Positions 29,127 through 38,274 of a DNA stretch of 52,636 nucleotides are shown one piece after another; position 1 is the first letter of the stretch; each line of letters opens with the position of its first letter. The stretch is taken from IMG/VR virus record IMGVR_UViG_3300008219_003648, positions 1-52,636 of that record; one strand, written 5' to 3'. The notes under the pieces were generated by a model. The model was not told where the DNA came from, did not search any database, and worked only from the letters and a program-made list of their open reading frames with translations. The translations under genes and the position numbers were made by a program. This DNA is from a virus (taxonomy: Duplodnaviria > Caudoviricetes).

Positions 29127-29540
29127 ATGACAAAGGTGTCTTCACACAATACGCTTATTGTAGATTGCGATGGTGTTATCGCTGATAAAGCGCACGGAGG
29201 AGAATACGGTAAAGCCGACCCTCTTCTACATGGCATAGAACAGGTAAATAAACTATATGATATGGGATATACCATTACCTTGTATACTGCTCGTTATGGT
29301 GATAGAGAAAGCGGAAATCTACATCGTCAATATGAAAGGGGGTATAAGGAGTGGACGGATTGGCTCGCTAAGCACGGCGTAAAATATCATCATGCGTTCA
29401 TGGGAAAACCAGCGGGTGTAATGTATATTGATGATAAAGCTGCCCGCGTCAAAAGTGATAGCACAGAGGGCTGGGAACAGGTATGGCATGAAGTAGCAGA
29501 ATTACAGGGCAAGGATCAATACGGAAATAAATTGAAATGA
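29127..29540 (+). CDS. Capless HAD-superfamily phosphatase (capsule-biosynthesis type)
   Basis: VDCDGVI (DxD), YTAR, GKP, YIDDKA. Confidence 0.85.
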   Translation: MTKVSSHNTLIVDCDGVIADKAHGGEYGKADPLLHGIEQVNKLYDMGYTITLYTARYGDRESGNLHRQYERGYKEWTDWLAKHGVKYHHAFMGKPAGVMYIDDKAARVKSDSTEGWEQVWHEVAELQGKDQYGNKLK

Positions 29541-30448
29541 CCGCAATAATTGAAGATCTTAATAAAGAATTTCATCTTGGTAATAAGTTTACCCTTCATG
29601 TCGCTGTGGAATTAGCAAATATTCTAGATAATAATTATAGGATTATTGTTAAATACGATGGTCAAGAATTGCCGTATTATGACGATACAAAGTTAAACGT
29701 AATAATTGCCACCTCCAGAGAAACACATGGGCCACCTAATGAATTTCATAGAGATGACGTATTTATCATATTCCAGCACTACTATATGCTTGACCAGTGG
29801 GATGATCCGTGGTATAATTCTTTAGTGTATCCACTTCCCATTGGTACATTTGTAGATGGTTTTGATGATCATATTATTAAACCAATGGCTGAAAGGAAAT
29901 ATGATTTTTCATTTGTGGGACAACTGCCACATACCGGCACTAGAGATTGTTTCAAGAGAAATTTAGATGAACTAATGAACACCAGTGGCAAAAAATTTAA
30001 ATATTTTGTAGAATACACTGATGGTTTTAAAAGGGGGTTAAGTAGCAGCGAATATTTAGAGTTACTCGGAGACACAAAGATATCTCTCTGTCCACAAGGA
30101 GCCTACAGCCAAGAAACATTTCGCTTTTTTGAGTCTATTATGATGGGTGCAATTCCCATGATTGAAAATCTGCCAAAATTATGGTATTATGAAGGCGCCC
30201 CTTTTTTGAAAAGTAAATGGGTTAAACTAGAACAATCATTGTCCGTTAGTCTCAACACTCTACAAACAGAAAAATCACGCAGTGTATTGTATCAGATAGC
30301 GCAATATGTCCAAACCATTTTACACCCACCATCTCTTGCTAAAGTGCTTAAAGACAAAATTGAACATAGACACAAAAATAAGATAGTCGATCAGCCACAT
30401 CTTGATCATTTGAGAAAGCTTTTTAACGAACATACTGACTGGGCATAG
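29537..30448 (+). CDS. Exostosin/GT47-like glycosyltransferase
   Basis: RKYDFSFVG; Y.ELL...KISLCPQG...ETFRFFESIMMGAIP. Confidence 0.75.
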   Translation: MTAIIEDLNKEFHLGNKFTLHVAVELANILDNNYRIIVKYDGQELPYYDDTKLNVIIATSRETHGPPNEFHRDDVFIIFQHYYMLDQWDDPWYNSLVYPLPIGTFVDGFDDHIIKPMAERKYDFSFVGQLPHTGTRDCFKRNLDELMNTSGKKFKYFVEYTDGFKRGLSSSEYLELLGDTKISLCPQGAYSQETFRFFESIMMGAIPMIENLPKLWYYEGAPFLKSKWVKLEQSLSVSLNTLQTEKSRSVLYQIAQYVQTILHPPSLAKVLKDKIEHRHKNKIVDQPHLDHLRKLFNEHTDWA

Positions 30449-30453
30449 CAACA

Positions 30454-32061
30454 ATGACATTGAATTGGATACCTATCAACTGTAAAACTCACTTCAGTTT
30501 GTTGAGGGGTTTTTGTAAACCGGCCGATCTTGCGGCTACATGCAAAAAGTACGGCTACCAAGCGTGTGCTATTGCAGATTTTAAAACTGTTTCTGGGGCG
30601 GTTGATTTTCATCAGGCGTGTCTCGATAATGACATCAAGCCTTTAATAGGATGTGACTTTGATGACTATGTTTTAATAGCAAAAAATAAAGATGGTTGGT
30701 TTGATTTAATTAAACTTGTTACCATACATCACCTATCTCCTGATATTGATACCTTAAAACAAATAGCCCTTAAGGGAAATTTACTTTGTGTCAGCGCGAA
30801 TGAAGTATATAAAAGTATCTTTGGAAAACACTTTGTTAAGTATGATTATAATAACTATAAAGTATATTATGTTAATCGCAAAGACGCAATTCCACATAGG
30901 GTTCTTCTGTGTTCTGGAATGAAAACCACACTCCCAAAAGTACAAACCAAAATTAAAAAAAACGAAGAGATTGATAATAAAGAATTTTTTATGTCTGATG
31001 ATTTCTATCTACCGACTCCCGAGGCATTTGACAACAATACCCAAGAAATTGAATTAGTGAATAAGATTGCTAATATGTGTGAAGATTATGAAATAACAAA
31101 AAAGCCGATGCTCCCACAGTTTAAATGTCCCGATAGTATGGATGAAAATGAATACTTAAAGAAGCTGTGTCGTCATGGATGGAGGCAAAAGCTAATGGCT
31201 TCTGGAAAAGTGGCAAACAAAGAGGACGAAGCGAATTATCTAGCTAGAGTAAAAACAGAATTTGAGGTCATCTTTAAGGCAGAATTATCTGGGTATTTTT
31301 TGATTGTTCAAGATATAGTTAATTATATTAAGGAACAAGGATGGCTTGCGGGACCGGGGCGCGGTTCAGCGGCTGGATGCCTCGTATCGTATCTTCTTGG
31401 TATTACTGAAGTTGACCCTATAGAATATGGGCTTATCTTTGAAAGATTTTACAACGAGGGACGCAATACTGAAGACTATGTTTCTTTGCCCGATATTGAT
31501 GTTGATGTACCCGCTGAACACAGGGACGAAGTAATTGACTATATTCGACAAAAATATAACCCTGAAAATGTATCACAGATGATCACGTTTGGTAGACTTC
31601 AAGGAAGGGCTGCCCTAAAAGAAGTATTACGAATTAATGAAGCTGTATCATTTGCAGAAATGAACGAAATTACTCAAAACATTCCTAACGAAGCTGATAT
31701 ATCAGATCAATTAGAAATAGCAGACGAAAAGTCAATTATTAGATGGGCTTTGATGAATGAATCTGAAAATCTAAAAAAATGGTGTAAAATAAATGAAGAT
31801 CAAACATTGGATGGCGATCTAGCTAGTATGTTTGAACAGGCTATTAACATAGAGGGAACTAATAAATCTCAGGGCAAGCATGCGGCAGGCGTTATAATAT
31901 CACAACACAAACTAAAGGATGTTTGTCCTATGGTTAAAGATAAAACTGGTAATTTAATTGCGGCTTTTGAAATGAATGATCTTGAAAGTCAAGGTCATGT
32001 CAAGTTTGATATTTTGGGTATTGATCTTTTAAGTAAGATCATGGATATAAAGCTTTCCTAA
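30454..32061 (+). CDS. dnaE: DNA polymerase III alpha, N-terminal half (degenerate PHP, palm, thumb)
   Basis: HFSLLRG, YFLIVQD, GPGRGSAAG, LIFERF, PDIDVD, GKHAAGV, ends KFDILGIDLL; all three catalytic Asp present. Confidence 0.95.
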   Translation: MTLNWIPINCKTHFSLLRGFCKPADLAATCKKYGYQACAIADFKTVSGAVDFHQACLDNDIKPLIGCDFDDYVLIAKNKDGWFDLIKLVTIHHLSPDIDTLKQIALKGNLLCVSANEVYKSIFGKHFVKYDYNNYKVYYVNRKDAIPHRVLLCSGMKTTLPKVQTKIKKNEEIDNKEFFMSDDFYLPTPEAFDNNTQEIELVNKIANMCEDYEITKKPMLPQFKCPDSMDENEYLKKLCRHGWRQKLMASGKVANKEDEANYLARVKTEFEVIFKAELSGYFLIVQDIVNYIKEQGWLAGPGRGSAAGCLVSYLLGITEVDPIEYGLIFERFYNEGRNTEDYVSLPDIDVDVPAEHRDEVIDYIRQKYNPENVSQMITFGRLQGRAALKEVLRINEAVSFAEMNEITQNIPNEADISDQLEIADEKSIIRWALMNESENLKKWCKINEDQTLDGDLASMFEQAINIEGTNKSQGKHAAGVIISQHKLKDVCPMVKDKTGNLIAAFEMNDLESQGHVKFDILGIDLLSKIMDIKLS

Positions 32062-32074
32062 ACAGGAGAAAAAA

Positions 32075-32296
32075 ATGGACGCTACAGCGGAAGATTATAA
32101 ATCAGTAATTTTTTCTGGGTGCTCAATAGAATATAAGGATATTTCTATTTGCGATTTGAGGCACCCTCTATCACAAAGTGGTCTTACTAGAGACATGGGA
32201 TATCAAGTCTGGTCTGATAAGCATCATTGTTACAATATTTACAAAAACATTGACGAGGCGGTTAAAAAGTTCATAGCTCTCAAGGGACATGTATAA
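32075..32296 (+). CDS. Small hypothetical protein between the dnaE halves
   Basis: AGGAG RBS; TAATG overlap with the next gene. Confidence 0.7.
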   Translation: MDATAEDYKSVIFSGCSIEYKDISICDLRHPLSQSGLTRDMGYQVWSDKHHCYNIYKNIDEAVKKFIALKGHV

Positions 32297-32979
32297 TGAA
32301 TTATAGAGATATTATTGTATTCGATTTTGAAACTGGTAGCGCTAATCCACATATAACACAGCCCACGCAAATTGCCGCAATAGCGATCCATGCTCGAAAA
32401 TTACAATTGCAACCGGGAGGAACATTTAATAGTGAAATGCGTCCTATTATAGATGATGATAAGGCTATTAAGGCGGGTGTAGCCCCCTTAGAAGATGAGG
32501 CCCTCAAGATCACCAGAAAAAATAGGACCGATTTAGCAAAAGCGCCATTACCAAAAACTGTATGGAAAAAATTTGCAAAATTTTGTGATAAGTATAATTT
32601 CAAAAAAACCAGTTATTATGCTCCTATCGCCGCAGGATTCAATATTAACCATTTTGATATGCCTATAGTTCAACGTATGTGTGAGCAATATGGACCATGG
32701 GATAATAAGCGAGGAGAACAAAAGATATTTAATCCTATTTTTACCATTGATGTTATGCAACATATATACTGTTGGTTTGAAAATAACCAAGATGTCAAGG
32801 GTTATAGTATGGATTATTTGAGGGATTATTTTGGTATCGGCAAGGACAATGCTCATGACGCTTTACAGGATGTAAAAGATACAGCTAATATTTTAATCAA
32901 ATTCATGCGACTTCAGAGAAGCTTATTGAAGAAAGTGAAGTTTGAAAAGTCTTTTGGAGATAAAGCTCTATATGTTTGA
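32296..32979 (+). CDS. dnaQ: DEDDh 3'-5' exonuclease (DnaQ/epsilon-like)
   Basis: ExoI FDFETG, ExoII GFNINHFD, ExoIII AHDALQDV. Confidence 0.9.
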   Translation: MNYRDIIVFDFETGSANPHITQPTQIAAIAIHARKLQLQPGGTFNSEMRPIIDDDKAIKAGVAPLEDEALKITRKNRTDLAKAPLPKTVWKKFAKFCDKYNFKKTSYYAPIAAGFNINHFDMPIVQRMCEQYGPWDNKRGEQKIFNPIFTIDVMQHIYCWFENNQDVKGYSMDYLRDYFGIGKDNAHDALQDVKDTANILIKFMRLQRSLLKKVKFEKSFGDKALYV

Positions 32980-34513
32980 TTTATCAAATTTGCATGATGA
33001 TCACGTCTGGGATTTGATATGTGAGGGTCACACCAAAGGTGTCTTTCAATTAGAATCTCAGCTAGGAAGATCATGGGCTAAAAAAGTGCGACCTAAAAAC
33101 ATCAATGAATTAGCGGCTCTTATTTCTCTAATTCGTCCCGGATGTTTGAAAGCATTTACGGACGGTAAATCTATGACTCAACATTATGTTGATCGTAAAG
33201 CTAACATCGATCCTGTAATTTATCCCGATGAATCTTTAGAACATATTCTTAAAGAAACCTATGGGGTACTTGTGTATCAGGAACAATCTATGATGATTGC
33301 TCAAGAGTTGGCTGGATTCACTCTGAAAGACGCAGATTCGCTCCGTAAGGCCATTGGAAAGAAAAAAGCTGGTTTGATGTCAGAAGTTAAAGAATCGTTT
33401 CTGAGGGGCGCTGAGAGTAAGGGGATAGTCACCAAGGAAATTGCTGAAGAAATATTTTCATGGATTGAAAAATCCAACAGATATGCCTTCAATAAATCCC
33501 ACGCTGTTAGTTACGCCATCAATGCTTATTGGAGTGCTTATTGTAAATTTCATAAAAGAGTACCATTTTACGTGTCTTACTTAAACCATTCTGATCGGAA
33601 ACCAGACCCCCAAAAAGAATTAAAAGAGTTGATTATGGACGCTAAGTTATCCGATATTGAAGTATATCCACCACGCTTACAGCATCTGCACACCAACTTT
33701 GTTGCAATAAATAATAAAATTTATTTTGGCTTGCGGCATATTAAACATATTGGTCAAAAGGAATGTGATAAAATCGAACAGTTATATAGAGATAACGATG
33801 TTTCTAATTATACGTGGATAGATGCATTAATAAATATTATATACAAAGGTAAAATTAACAAAAGGGCAGCAGTAGCCCTGATTTCAGTGGGTGCTTTTAG
33901 TGGCCCAAACAACCAACAACACAGAGAAAAAATGCTATATGAGTTTGATAGCTGGAAAGATCTTACTGCCAGAGAACAAACATATATCTCAGAAAATTAC
34001 AATAGTTCTGATAGTTTATCAGAATGTATAGGCAATATGATACAAGATACTAAAATCAATAGCCGTAGGCTAATTACCGTCCTAGATATTAAACAAATTC
34101 TAGATAATCCCCCTCATGAGGTACAGGATAACATTCCATCAATAGCTCAGCACGAGGAAAAATACATGGGATGCGCCCTTACATGTAGCAGAATGGATGC
34201 TATTAATACTAATTTTTCAACTTATATGTGTAAAGATGTGTCTCGTGGCACTATAAAAGGAAAGGTGAGTTTAATTGTTCAACTAAATTCTATTAGAACA
34301 TATAAAACTAAAAAGGGTAAAAATCCCGGCCAACTGATGGCATTTGTATCTGCGGAAGACGGAAGTGGCGTTTTAGACTCTATTACAGTATTTCCAGAAT
34401 GTTATCAACAATATCGTGACCTCCTAATTGAAGGAAATACAGTATTTATAAATGGAGAAATTTCCAAAAAGGACACTACTTCCGTTATAATAAATAAGGT
34501 GAGCCAAGTATGA
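32972..34513 (+). CDS. dnaE: DNA polymerase III alpha, C-terminal half (fingers, HhH, OB)
   Basis: DDHVW...GVFQLES, SLIRPG, ETYGVLVYQEQ, ADSLRKAIGKK, YAFNKSHA, FGLRHIKHIG, OB-fold MAFVSAEDGSG; ATG 32972 overlaps the exonuclease stop. Confidence 0.95.
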   Translation: MFDLSNLHDDHVWDLICEGHTKGVFQLESQLGRSWAKKVRPKNINELAALISLIRPGCLKAFTDGKSMTQHYVDRKANIDPVIYPDESLEHILKETYGVLVYQEQSMMIAQELAGFTLKDADSLRKAIGKKKAGLMSEVKESFLRGAESKGIVTKEIAEEIFSWIEKSNRYAFNKSHAVSYAINAYWSAYCKFHKRVPFYVSYLNHSDRKPDPQKELKELIMDAKLSDIEVYPPRLQHLHTNFVAINNKIYFGLRHIKHIGQKECDKIEQLYRDNDVSNYTWIDALINIIYKGKINKRAAVALISVGAFSGPNNQQHREKMLYEFDSWKDLTAREQTYISENYNSSDSLSECIGNMIQDTKINSRRLITVLDIKQILDNPPHEVQDNIPSIAQHEEKYMGCALTCSRMDAINTNFSTYMCKDVSRGTIKGKVSLIVQLNSIRTYKTKKGKNPGQLMAFVSAEDGSGVLDSITVFPECYQQYRDLLIEGNTVFINGEISKKDTTSVIINKVSQV

Positions 34514-34848
34514 ATAAATGTCACTTTGTAGGAATGTTGGCTGATGATCCTCACTTAGTAAATATTAATAATACATATCTAGTTACATTTACTCTAGCGA
34601 TTGAAGACCACCGCAAAGATAAGGATGGTAGTAAAAAACGTAGAGTAGATTTTTTACGGTTTGAAGCATGGGCTACAGGCGCTCAAACGATTGATAAACA
34701 TGCTCATAAAGGTGATTTTATGGCTGTTGAATCTATTGCAAGACAGTCAACATCGCACCAAGAAAAAAAATCGGACACAATCACTTTTAGGGTCACTAAT
34801 TTTAAAATCTTTAACAATAATAAGCTAAATGAAGATGACGAAAAATAA
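34510..34848 (+). CDS. ssb: Single-stranded DNA-binding protein
   Basis: MNKCHFVGMLADDP, FTLAI, DFLRFEAW, KGD, acidic tail. Confidence 0.85.
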   Translation: MNKCHFVGMLADDPHLVNINNTYLVTFTLAIEDHRKDKDGSKKRRVDFLRFEAWATGAQTIDKHAHKGDFMAVESIARQSTSHQEKKSDTITFRVTNFKIFNNNKLNEDDEK

Positions 34849-36481
34849 AAAAGTATTATTCTGTTCTGAAGCATCATGGTTGCCCACGGGATATGCCGTA
34901 TATACTAAAGAAGTTTTATCCCGACTTTGTCAGATAGACGGCATTGAAGTGGCTGAATTAGCTTGCTATGTTGATAGTAATGATGTTAATATTTCTTCTG
35001 TTCCATGGAAAGTGTATCCCAATAAACCTTTACCTAATGATCCCACACATGATTCATATAAAGGTAATATTACAGCTCAGTTTGGGGAACAAGCCTTTAA
35101 TTCTGTCTTATTAGATTTTCAACCTGATGTAGTCATGGATATTCGTGATTGGTGGATGATTGAATTTCAGCAACGGTCTCCATTTAGAGACTTTTTTCAT
35201 TGGGCTATTATGCCTACTGTAGATGCTGCCCCACAGGGTAATCAATGGATCAATACTTATGCGTCAGCTGATTCGGTGTTCGCATACTCTGAATTCGGGC
35301 GAGACATTTTGTTGCAACAATGCGATAATATAAAATTTGTGGATGTAGCATCTCCGGCTGCAAGTCAACACTTTCAACCACACCCAAACAAACAACAACA
35401 CAAAATCGATATGGGGATTTCTCCAGAGTCCCTAATTGTAGGCACAGTGATGCGTAACCAAAAACGCAAACTATATCCTGATCTTTTTCAATCTTTTCGA
35501 GCTTTTGTGGATCAAGTTAATGATCCTAATGTATTTTTATATTGTCATACCTATTACCCAGATATAGGATGGGATATTCCGGGCTTAATAAACGATAACG
35601 GTCTTTCTAATCGCGTACTCATGACTTACAAATGCAAGAATTGTCAAGATATAACTGTAGACTTTTTTCAAGATGCTATTAAATATTGCAATAAATGTCA
35701 ACATTTTAATAGCCACTTAGTAGGTATTAATAATTCAATAGGCGAACCAGATTTAGCCAGCATATATAACCTATTTGATATATATGTACAATATGCCAAC
35801 AGTGAGGGTTTTGGGATGCCGCAACTTGAGGCTGCTAATTGTGGGCTTCCCGTTATATCTACTTATTATTCTGCGATGCAGTCTGTGATTGATAAGATTG
35901 GCGGCATGGGTATTGTGCCTCTAAGCTTTTATGTGGAATGTGAAACTGGTTGTAATAGGGCAGTTCCGAATAATGAAGTATTTGTTAATACTCTTGTCGA
36001 ACTACATAAAAACAAATATAAGTTACGAGACATTGGCGCAGAAACTAAAAAGAATGCTGTGGCAAATTATAGTTGGGATAAAACGGCGGATGTGTGGGCT
36101 AAGCATATTCTACAGTTAGAACCAAAAGATCCGTCAACCACTTGGTTTTCTCAACCCCATATCCCACAGCCAGCCACAGAAGTTCCAGAAGAAATAATTT
36201 CTATAGTAGACAAGGTTGATTTTATATTTAACAATATACTACATAAACCACAGTGGATAGGGAGCTATTTGTGGAAGCGTGTGTTGCGAGATATTACATT
36301 TGGATATAAATGTGAAAACATAACTAAAGACTTTTACTTTAACGAATCACATATTCAGTCTTATACTGGAAATACTCCCTTCTCACTAGAGCAAGCATGC
36401 CAAGAAATGGTTAACTTTAGAAATCAAATAAATCAGTGGGAACAGTCGCGCGCCCAAATGATGCAACAAGAAGGATATTAA
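34829..36481 (+). CDS. GT4 glycosyltransferase with Zn-ribbon-like insertion
   Basis: TGYAVY, RNQKRK, SEGFGMPQLEAANCGLPV; CKNC...CNKC insert. Confidence 0.9.
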   Translation: MKMTKNKKVLFCSEASWLPTGYAVYTKEVLSRLCQIDGIEVAELACYVDSNDVNISSVPWKVYPNKPLPNDPTHDSYKGNITAQFGEQAFNSVLLDFQPDVVMDIRDWWMIEFQQRSPFRDFFHWAIMPTVDAAPQGNQWINTYASADSVFAYSEFGRDILLQQCDNIKFVDVASPAASQHFQPHPNKQQHKIDMGISPESLIVGTVMRNQKRKLYPDLFQSFRAFVDQVNDPNVFLYCHTYYPDIGWDIPGLINDNGLSNRVLMTYKCKNCQDITVDFFQDAIKYCNKCQHFNSHLVGINNSIGEPDLASIYNLFDIYVQYANSEGFGMPQLEAANCGLPVISTYYSAMQSVIDKIGGMGIVPLSFYVECETGCNRAVPNNEVFVNTLVELHKNKYKLRDIGAETKKNAVANYSWDKTADVWAKHILQLEPKDPSTTWFSQPHIPQPATEVPEEIISIVDKVDFIFNNILHKPQWIGSYLWKRVLRDITFGYKCENITKDFYFNESHIQSYTGNTPFSLEQACQEMVNFRNQINQWEQSRAQMMQQEGY

Positions 36482-36482
36482 T

Positions 36483-37169
36483 ATGAATCACAGTAAACAT
36501 CCAGCAATACAAAAGTCTATCGATGAGGCCCAAGGTACTATACCGGACAACTTTAATGGACAGTTATTTCAAGATGTGTTTGTGAATGAAGTATTGGATA
36601 TTGACAATGGTTTTTTTGTGGATATAGGGGCTGGCACAGATGGTGTTAGAAATATGCCTATGAGTTTCTTCAGTAATACATATAACCTTGAAAGACGAAG
36701 AAACTGGACGGGTATTGCTATAGATTATGATAAAGAATACATAGATACGGCCCAATCTCATCGCCGTTGTCAGTGTGTGTGTGCTGATTTAATGGCAACC
36801 AATATAAATGATATATTAAAAGAATCCAACTGTCCTTCTGATGTAAACTATTTATCATTTGATGTGGACGAGGCCCAACCAAAGGTTCTTAGCGAACTCG
36901 ATCTTTCAAAATACAGATTCCAAATAATTACATATGAACATAATTTGTACCAAGGCTGCGACAAAGATCAAAAAATATCGAGAAACAAATTCAAAGAAGC
37001 AGGATACGAAATCTTGTGCGGAAACGTGATACTACACGATGTCGGTGTCGTAGAAGACTGGTACGTACACTCAGAATTTTTTGATCAATACGCACACTTT
37101 CAGTACCACGACATGAATTGTTTAACTATCGTAAACAATATAATTAGAAACAAACGCAAGCCCAAATGA
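36483..37169 (+). CDS. FkbM-like methyltransferase
   Basis: GQLFQD, GFFVDIGAG, SNTYNLE...WTGIAID, YLSFDVD, ITYEH. Confidence 0.8.
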   Translation: MNHSKHPAIQKSIDEAQGTIPDNFNGQLFQDVFVNEVLDIDNGFFVDIGAGTDGVRNMPMSFFSNTYNLERRRNWTGIAIDYDKEYIDTAQSHRRCQCVCADLMATNINDILKESNCPSDVNYLSFDVDEAQPKVLSELDLSKYRFQIITYEHNLYQGCDKDQKISRNKFKEAGYEILCGNVILHDVGVVEDWYVHSEFFDQYAHFQYHDMNCLTIVNNIIRNKRKPK

Positions 37170-37188
37170 AGCAAGAAAGAGAAGTTCG

Positions 37189-38274
37189 ATGAAAGTACTT
37201 TACATAGGACATTATAAAGATGGTACCGGATGGGCCAATGCTGCCATTAATAATATACTGGCGCTCGATTCTGTAGGTGTTGAAGTAGTGCCGCGTGCTA
37301 TTACATTTGAAACCGAGCCAAAATCATATCCTAACAGAATCCAAGAACTAGAACAAGCTTCCAGTGAAGGGTGTGATATTTGTATACAACATACATTACC
37401 TCACCTATATTCTTATAATTCCAATTTTAAAAACATAGGATTTATTGCCAGCGAGACTAACCATTTCAAAGACAGCTCATGGCAGCATTATGCTAACCTA
37501 ATGGATGAAATATGGGTGCCCAGTATGCATACTAGGGTTGCATGTCGTATGAGTAATATAAAGGTTCCGGTCAATATTGCTCCTCATTCTTTGGATACTT
37601 CATCCTATAGTAAAATGTTAGAGGGAAATAAAATTCAGGAACTGGTTCACACATTCAACTTTGCTTTTGTTGGAGAGTTTATAGAAAGAAAAAATGTACA
37701 AGCATTGATACGCGCATTTCACACAGAATTTGGAGTGTCCGAACCTGTGAATCTATTTATTAAAACATCCCAACAATCCTTAGATTATGTGCAAAACTAT
37801 TGTAAGCAAATCAAGAATGGGTTAAAGCTACGAAAAAGATATAAAGAAGAAATTGTTGTATGTGGATATCTTAGTAAAGAAGATTATGTGTCAGTGTTGT
37901 CTCAGTGTCATTCTTTTGTAATGCCCAGTCGAGGAGAGGCGTTTTGTATTCCGGCTCTTGAAGCTATGGCGCTTGGTATACCAGTAATCTATACTAAAAA
38001 AACGGGGATGGACGACTTTTGCTTAGGAACGGCTGTGAAATCTATACAAGTTCCGTGTGTGGGTGCCATATCTACGCTTCCTAATCTATGTACTGCAAAC
38101 AATAAGTGGGCAGAAATAAATGTCGAAGAGTTGGCCATTGCCATGCGTAAAGTGTATATGCAATGGCAAACTGAAGCATCGCAAAAACAACGTAAGGCAT
38201 CTATTAAAAAAGCTAAATCATATAGCCACCAAAAGGTTGGAGCACAGTTAAAGGAATTATTGAATGACAGCTAA
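37189..38274 (+). CDS. GT4 glycosyltransferase
   Basis: TGWA, DEIWVPS, ERKN, PSRGEAFCIPALEAMALGIPV. Confidence 0.92.
   Translation: MKVLYIGHYKDGTGWANAAINNILALDSVGVEVVPRAITFETEPKSYPNRIQELEQASSEGCDICIQHTLPHLYSYNSNFKNIGFIASETNHFKDSSWQHYANLMDEIWVPSMHTRVACRMSNIKVPVNIAPHSLDTSSYSKMLEGNKIQELVHTFNFAFVGEFIERKNVQALIRAFHTEFGVSEPVNLFIKTSQQSLDYVQNYCKQIKNGLKLRKRYKEEIVVCGYLSKEDYVSVLSQCHSFVMPSRGEAFCIPALEAMALGIPVIYTKKTGMDDFCLGTAVKSIQVPCVGAISTLPNLCTANNKWAEINVEELAIAMRKVYMQWQTEASQKQRKASIKKAKSYSHQKVGAQLKELLNDS

Noticed and set aside
32000-33060. Split intein, intron or simple frameshift/pseudogene explanation for the two dnaE ORFs
   Set aside because: No intein terminal motifs; the 910-nt gap is filled by two intact coupled genes, neither resembling a homing endonuclease; catalytic motifs in both halves are intact.
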